Source: Octopus vulgaris (Eukaryota). Taken from it: a DNA stretch of 64,000 bases. Numbering within the stretch: the stretch's first letter is position 1; each line of letters starts with the position of its first letter. The notes under the pieces are model-generated. The model had not been told where the DNA came from. It ran no database searches and was given only the letters and a program-made list of their open reading frames with translations. The stretch lies in assembly GCA_951406725.2 (NCBI GenBank), contig OX597831.1:81592001-81656000 (forward strand), given 5' to 3'. This document shows positions 56,304 through 64,000 of this stretch, one piece after another. The translations under genes were made by a program, and so were the position numbers.

Positions 56304-57399
56304 TGAATAGGAAGCTGGACCTCATATAAATTCTGTGATATACATTTACTATTTTACCCCTTCTCTGTAAATCCAAATTTATGCATACATGCATGCATAC
56401 ATTCACACATAGACATACATAAATACTTATATATATAAATAAATATATCTATATATATACACACACAAACACAAAGAAAACATACATACCTAGATTATTT
56501 TACGTTACTGTCCGGTGGCAAGATACACACACATACACACACACACCTAAACACACTCACAAATGTGTGTGTGTAGAGAGAGAGGGGGGGAGGTGGTGAA
56601 ATGGCTGTTATAGTTGACAAGTTAGGTGCAGTCTGCTTAGGATCAGACATCGCGCCATTTTGTTCAATACTTTATGGCGGAATTGAACGACAACTTCAAA
56701 GAAACAAATTCATGTCATGGCGTGTAAATTATTTTGTTGCTTCAATTAACAGATTATGATAAGTTTAGAAGCTGTATTCGTTAATGGCCGGCTTCTAATT
56801 AGTCTTTTCACGAAACTATGTATTTGTCATTTTAGGTGCAATGTCATTTTGATGTGAAGAATTTCACATCAGGCTGTGAGGTTTTGCAAAGCAGTTGTAA
56901 AAGAAATAAATCTTAGGGTTGTTTAAGGAAGTGTTTAATGTTAGGAAATAATCGTTCTGTTACAAGGTGAGTGCATAAGTCAATAGTAATAAGGAGAGAG
57001 TTGCAGCCATAGCTGCTAGCATTCGTCCTTCTTCAACGAAATGATACTCATTCTGGAAAATATAACCCTGACTCAGTGAACCCAGATTGCTCTTATTTAA
57101 TTCTTGTTCTCACCATCTTTCTCCTTATCTCGCTCTCTCTCTCTCTCTCTCTTTCTCCTTCTCTCTCTTTCTCTCTCTTTCTCACGATATATATGTGTTT
57201 CTGTGTAGGTGAGTTGTTTGTAACACAAATGCCCAATACTCGGAGTTTCATGGGAAAGAGAGTACGGGTCTAATAGATTGCGTGTTCGATCGTTCTTATT
57301 TAATTCTTCTACAGTTCTATATTTAAGAGATGAGGAATTATGTATATTATTTACATTATTTACATTTGACGGATATTTGTCCTCATCTTGTTTGTTGTT

Positions 57400-57445
57400 A
57401 ACACAACGTTTCGGCTGATATTCCCTCCAGCCTTCATCAGGTGTT
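57400..57445 (-). ncRNA. Minimal type-I hammerhead ribozyme (intact core)
   Basis: AACAC-CUGAUGA-A-GGCUG[GAGGGAAUAU]CAGCC-GAAA-CG-UU-GUGUU. 5-bp stems I and II and a palindromic ACGU stem III. Confidence 0.82.
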
Positions 57446-57501
57446 TTGGGGGAAATTTCGAACCTGGGTTCTCACTCCTAAGGTGTTTTTCGATGTTGTT
57501 G

Positions 57502-57568
<67 letters not shown>

Positions 57569-57584
57569 CATTATTATTATTATT

Positions 57585-57966
<382 letters not shown>

Positions 57967-58778
57967 AATAAAGTCATATCAAGGATTATATCTTTGAGAT
58001 TTTGGCTTCCTAGTAGAGACGAACACACTAATGTATCGATGCATTTGGCAAAGATTCACAACATAAAACTAAGGAACAACCAAATCTTATGAAGGTCTAA
58101 GATTCTTGGCACGGCATCGTAAAATGCATTTGGATTGCGATCGCTTGAAGAAGAAAACACGGCCCTTGGCATTACTTTTACTCTTCATGGCTAACAAGGC
58201 TTCGCTATTTTCTTCATACAAATAATATTTTATTATTTGCATAATTACATTGATGCTTAGCTATATTTCTGATATATTTAATTATGAAAAGCAACAAAGC
58301 CATTCTGCTTATTCTAACTCGTGGAGACGAAAGGAATTCTTTCATAGAAATATTACATCATTTTACATTTTCCACTGGACACTCATTCACCGGAAAGAAA
58401 CACACATGCATATACCGGACCCTGTTTTTAACAGTCATCAACTCCCATCTCTTTCTCTCTCTCTTTCTCTCTCCCCCCTCTCTCTCTCTCTGTCTCTCAT
58501 TTCTTTCCTTTCTATGTTTTATGAGAACTCTTTTGCTCACAACCTTCTTCTTCTGATTCCAACCTCCCACCACGGTATATCACCCACTGTGACACTCCTT
58601 CCACTATCTTCATCGTTTCATCAATATCTCCGTCCTTTCTATTTAAGCAGTTTTTTTTCTTTTCTCTCGAACTTCCTTCAACGATTAAAATTTTACTTAT
58701 CAATTCATATCTTAAACGTGCTGCCTTCAAGTGAAACATGTTAAAACACGCAATACAACGCACACACACAGACACACA

Positions 58779-58824
<46 letters not shown>

Positions 58825-59235
58825 TTCGTGTAGTGAAGTAGAAACACTGAATATTATTGAATTCAATTCGGTTCAATATTTTTCTACACCCTCGTACTTA
58901 TCTAAAGTTGTACACGTTTTACATTTTGAAAACGATGTACAATAATCGATAAACCACCAATAAGTTTACCCTTTGATGTTCAATTAACTATTTCATATTC
59001 AAACATCAGAAAGTCGCATAGCGGTTTATTCGTCTTTTCAGCCCTTGCTCCGCTACCTTTTAAGGTTATTTCTCCTGTTGAATATTCATTCATATATTAT
59101 TGTTTTTTAATCGATATTCTAGTAATCTTAAATCTAACAGTTATATTTTTCATTCAGTTTATGAAATAGGCGTTTCACCTTCTTCACGCTTGTGTATTTC
59201 CGGTTAAAAATCAGCTACCCTAAAAACATATCCAT

Positions 59236-59310
<75 letters not shown>

Positions 59311-59388
59311 GAAAAAAACAAAAGACGAAGACAGGTGGTGTAGAAAAAAAACAGATGTATTAGTATAACGCTCGGGAATTGAAAAAGT

Positions 59389-59424
59389 CTTTAACGTTTC
59401 GATCCTACGCTCTTCCACAGAAAG
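59389..59424 (-). ncRNA. Degenerate minimal hammerhead with an inverted partial partner at 59968-60032
   Basis: CUUU-CUGUGGA-A-GAGC GUAG GAUC-GAAA-CG-UU-AAAG. Partner reads GUUGAAGGGCGUAGGCUC-GAAA-CG-UA-AAAG. Confidence 0.55.
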
Positions 59425-59557
59425 AAACAAGGGGAGAAAAAATGTGTGTAGTGGTTACTGATCTATCATGGCGAAAATTATATATATATATATATATATA
59501 TTACGGAGATGTACTGGCATAGCAAGTGATTTGATCTGAGATCGTGTGCTGAAACGA

Positions 59558-59851
59558 AAACAATTGCAGCGTGGAAGGTGTTTGTAAGCCATTTAAGAAA
59601 CACACAAAAGCCGTTTGATTCACTTCAACATTTAAGTCTAATTTGTCAAAATATTTTCGTCGCTTTAAGACAGTGACCTGTTCACTGACAAAAATTCCGA
59701 GATGCATCTCGGATTTTTGTCAGTGAACAGGTCACGGATCTTAAAGCGACGAAAATATTTTGACAAATTAAACTTAAATGTTGAAGTGAATCGAACGGCT
59801 TTTGTGTGTTTCTTAAATGGCTTACAAACACCTTCCACGCTGCAATTGTTT
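59558..59851. repeat. Spacerless palindrome with 147-bp arms
   Basis: Centre TCCGAGATG|CATCTCGGA at 59704/59705, with a handful of mismatches. Confidence 0.95.
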
Positions 59852-59867
59852 ATATATATATATAAAC

Positions 59868-59934
<67 letters not shown>

Positions 59935-60034
59935 TGTATGTATGTATGTATGTGTGTGTGTGTGCGTGTTGAAGGGCGTAGGCTCGAAACGTAAAAGACT
60001 TTTCCATTGTTCCCGAGCGTTAAACTAATACACC

Positions 60035-60135
60035 GGTTAAAAACCCCTGCCCTAAATACATATCCATGTCCCTTAAGGGACAGTAGGAGGATTGGTCGAA
60101 ACGATTGTCGTACAAAACGGAGATTAATGCTAAAT
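60035..60135 (+). mobile_element. PLE 3' relic with degenerate hammerhead
   Basis: KNPCLN-like ORF end, then GUCC-CUUAAGG-GAC...GUC-GAAA-CGAUUG-UC-GUAC at 60068-60113. Confidence 0.4.
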
Positions 60136-60396
60136 CCATCTTCTGCTTACTTAATCGATTATTATTATCTCGAATAAAACTGAGGAATTCCTGAAGCAGA
60201 GTCAACGGGAATATATGGCAACTGCAGATGACACCAGCTAACCCAAACTGTGCCAGTGTGCCACTCAACACTTCAACACACGAATCAACATATACCTATT
60301 ATATTACATACACACACACGGGGATTAATATAGACAGTAGTTTGAAATGTTTTACCAAAAAGGAAAACTATAATTGTCACTAAATGCGACTACAAA

Positions 60397-60593
60397 TACC
60401 TACATTGCTAGAAATAAGAGCTAAATGTGCTCTAAGTTGTAGCCAAAGCACATAATTATGTGCAGACAGTTTTAGGAATTCTCGAATGGCGTTTTCGGAT
60501 TTTTAGAGTCCCTGTCTGCATGTATGTACATAATTATGTGCTTTGACTACTGCATTAGAGCATTTTTAGCTCTTATTTCTAGCAATGTAGGTA
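60397..60593. repeat. Imperfect inverted repeat (MITE-like or fold-back)
   Basis: TACCTACATTGCTAGAAATAAGAGCTAAA / TTTAGCTCTTATTTCTAGCAATGTAGGTA, with arms of about 70-80 bp. Confidence 0.8.
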
Positions 60594-61314
60594 CTTATAA
60601 CACCCTACTCACATTTATTTATATATAAATATATATGAGTGTGTGTATGCATATATGGTTACAGGACGTCACCAACAGTAAACAACATGAAATACGAAAA
60701 CAAATGAGTTAAATACGCAAATAATGAAAGAGAGAAAAGAAGGACAAATATTACAATAAGAACTCACAGAACTCACAGAATATGTTGAATTCATTTTCCA
60801 TGTATTTCTCGAGGGACCAAAATGTCCGTCTCAAACAGAGAGACAGACAGACAGACAGACAGAAAAGCGCTGGGAGAAAGAGTAATTTATCTGTTTGCTA
60901 CGACTCTTATTTCATTGAGACTGTTTTAAGGCTTCTCTTGTACCCACACGTGTTACCCTTGGATTCTGAACGATACCTTTAATAAAACACAAATTGCCTT
61001 GCAATGTGGTTATACAATTGCAATCGGTTCCTGTTCTGATATCGCTGACGCTGAACTAAGGCCATGACACGATTTCGCTTTCCACCGAAAACTGTTGACC
61101 GTTTTCTTGTTTACAATGAAAGTCATTGTAAAAGCCATAAATATAAGCGTTTTGCTTTAACTCTCCTAAACTATCCAGCTTCATGCCTGATTAAATAACA
61201 GGCCTTTAGCACTAAACACTATCAGCCTCATCATCACCATCATCAACATAATCAACGACGACGACGACCACCACCACCACCACTACTACTACTGCCGCTG
61301 CTGCTGCTGCTAAT

Positions 61315-61447
61315 GCGGTGAGCTAGCAGAAGTATTAGCGGGAAAAACGTTTAGCGCTATTTCATCTGTCTTTACAATCTGAGTTCAAATTCCGTCAAGG
61401 TAGACTTTGCCTTTCATCCTTTCGGGGTTGATAAATCAAGTACCAGT
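61315..61447 (+). mobile_element. Meta-like tRNA-derived SINE
   Basis: GCGGTGAGCTAGCAGAA...GAGTTCAAATTCC...GACTTTGCCTTTCATCCTTTCGGGGTTGATAAATCAAGTACCAG. Confidence 0.75.
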
Positions 61448-61593
61448 AAAAGTTTTAGTTTGGATTGAGCAGAATATTTGCTGTAGTCCATCGTTTACAC
61501 CAGGACAAAACAATTATTATTATTATTATTATTATTAGTAATAGTAGTAGTAGTAGTAGTAGTAGTAGTAGCAGCAGCAGCAGCAGCAGCGGT

Positions 61594-61628
<35 letters not shown>

Positions 61629-61735
61629 AAGTAGTAGTAGTAGTAGTAGGCTGTTCACACATAAGATTGCATAGATAGAAACTCAGCTTACGCAACATAG
61701 TTACACGTATGTATATAAACACCCACACAGAGACG

Positions 61736-61773
<38 letters not shown>

Positions 61774-61794
61774 GCATGCAAGCGTATGTGTGTG

Positions 61795-61922
61795 TGTATA
61801 GATAGATACATAGATAGATAAATAAATAGATATATAGATAGTTAGGTAGACAGACAGACAGACAGAGAAACGAATAAATAGATAGATTGATAGATAGACA
61901 AACAGACAGACAGATAGATAAG

Positions 61923-61979
<57 letters not shown>

Positions 61980-61980
61980 T

Positions 61981-62063
<83 letters not shown>

Positions 62064-62115
62064 TGATAGATAGATAGACAGATACACAGACAGACAGTTA
62101 GATAGATAGACAGAG
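61795..62115. repeat. (GATA)n array
   Basis: Directly visible. Confidence 0.9.
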
Positions 62116-62796
62116 ATGTACATATATGCACATATAAAAAGGAAGCGACGTTAAAAGAAATATGTATTTGTATACGTGTGTGTGTGTGTGTATGTATATA
62201 TATATGTATATGTATACACGCACACACATAGATATACGTATTTATGTAAGTACATATACATAATATATATATGCACACATACGCACTTGCACACATATTT
62301 ACACACAGGCACAAACACAGACATACAACACACCCATTACATACAAGTGATATGGCTATTTGTTTTTGTTGTCCTTTTGTTTTTCTTTCCGTATTCAATT
62401 GAACTTCCGGTCGGCCATTTTTTCCCTCTGTACGTTGGTGATACGGAAGTTTGTGGAGACGTGAACTTAAAGGTGGTCATGTCACGGTTCAGTCTGCACA
62501 GAACTGAAACCCTGTAGAATTATTTCCATGTTTTTAAACTATTCATTGTTGGATATTCGTGATCTTCACCGAAACCGGAAGTCCTTAAAAACCGTATTTC
62601 GAAATAGTTTTTCTTGGGTCACGTGGAGAAAGCTAGCTAAAAATGAATACTCCATTACCGAGTAAAGGATTGGCAAGCAACAACAACAACAACAACAACA
62701 ACAACAAAACCGTTTACTCGTTGGAAAACGACAGTTCCTTATTGTTTGTTTTCTTTTGAATTCTATCTTCAGTGTCCTTGAGGCCAATAAAGAGAC

Positions 62797-63110
62797 TTCA
62801 TCACCATCACCATCACCATCCTCTTCCTCCTCCTCCTCCTGCTCATCATCATCATCATCATCACCATCCTCCTCCTCCTCCTTCTGCTCATCATCATCAC
62901 CATCATCATCACAGTTACCGTCAATATTCAACTTCATCACCATCATCATCATCATAATTGTTACCCTTCTCTTCCATCTTTGCTCCTTCTTTCTCGCAAT
63001 CACCATCATCATCATCATCGTCATCATCATCATCGTCATCATCATCATCATCATCATCATCATACTCCTCCTCCTCCTCCTCCTCCTCCTCAACATCATC
63101 ATCATCATCG
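62797..63110. repeat. (TCA)/(TCC)n trinucleotide tract
   Basis: Directly visible. Confidence 0.9.
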
Positions 63111-63445
63111 CCAATGCCGTCACTGTTCGGCAGCATCATTGTTGCTACGTCATCGTCAACGTCAGCGATACCAATTCTGCCCCACCCCCTCCTCACACCG
63201 GCTGAAATTATGAATAGTTCGATCGGCAGACACATTTACAGCAAATCTTGTTGCCAATTTTTGGATGCATGATAATCGCGAGTTCGAATCTTGGCCACAT
63301 CTTTAGGATCTTCTTTTGTCTTTCCTCAACATTCATGAATATATGCTTACATTCTCTCTCTCTCTCTCTCTCTGTTTCCCGCACACACACACGCACACAT
63401 ATACGTGCATACACACATATTTGTGCATGTTGTGTGTGTGTGTGT

Positions 63446-63483
<38 letters not shown>

Positions 63484-63545
63484 AACACAAGCACACATGT
63501 GTAGATTGATAGACGTATGTATGAATGTTTGGATACATGTATGTG

Positions 63546-63585
<40 letters not shown>

Positions 63586-64000
63586 GTGTGAGTGTGTGTG
63601 TGTGTGTGTGGTGTGAGTGCGTGTGTGTGTGTGTGAGTGTGAGTGCGTGTGCGTGTGTGTGTGTATGTGTCTGTTGTGCGTACATATTTATGAATGTATA
63701 TGTACGCACACACATATATATTCATATATATGAATGTATATAAAGAGAGAGAGAGAGAGAGAGAGAGAGGGAGTGAGGGAGAGAGACGACAGAGAAACTG
63801 AGAGATAGTAAAAAACAATGAAAAGTGGACAGAATGAAGAAAGAAAAGAAAGAAAATTTCAGGTGGGGGGGGCGGCCGGTGTTAAAAATCAACAGAAAAG
63901 TGATACTAGCTTCATACAATAATGTTGTGAAATGCAGCTATTTAAGTTGTTAACAACATGTAAGATGGCACGGAAGATAACTGATATTTAAAAAGCAACA

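Noticed and set aside
59501-60028. Two similar ORFs on opposite strands suggesting a gene pair
   Set aside because: A by-product of the palindrome.
62508-62530. miR-10-like ACCCTGTAGAA
   Set aside because: The match ends after the seed region and there is no hairpin.

Overview
AT-rich animal genomic DNA with no recognisable host protein-coding exon. It is a mosaic of microsatellites ((TA)n, (CA)n, (TATG)n, (GATA)n, (ATT)n, (TTC)n) and transposable-element remnants, and the repeat content suggests an octopus or other coleoid cephalopod (inference, not a database match). Most ORFs in the track are microsatellite translations. The real coding remnants are CR1-like LINEs, a near full-length R4/Dong-type RLE retrotransposon plus fragments, four Tx1-type LINE copies, Penelope-like element (PLE) fragments and a decayed mariner. 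There are also two GG...CC MITEs and many tRNA-derived SINEs. Main points of interest: (1) about ten minimal type-I hammerhead ribozyme motifs, two with intact cores, often in fold-back arrangements beside microsatellites; (2) one composite of tRNA head + microsatellite + hammerhead that may be a Pol III-driven, ribozyme-bearing retroelement; (3) a 648-bp insertion with a 21-bp TSD, an orphan ORF and a Tx1-type 3' end; (4) a MITE carrying telomeric repeats; (5) retroelements stacked in microsatellite landing pads. All structures were read by eye, so boundaries are approximate unless a TSD is given.
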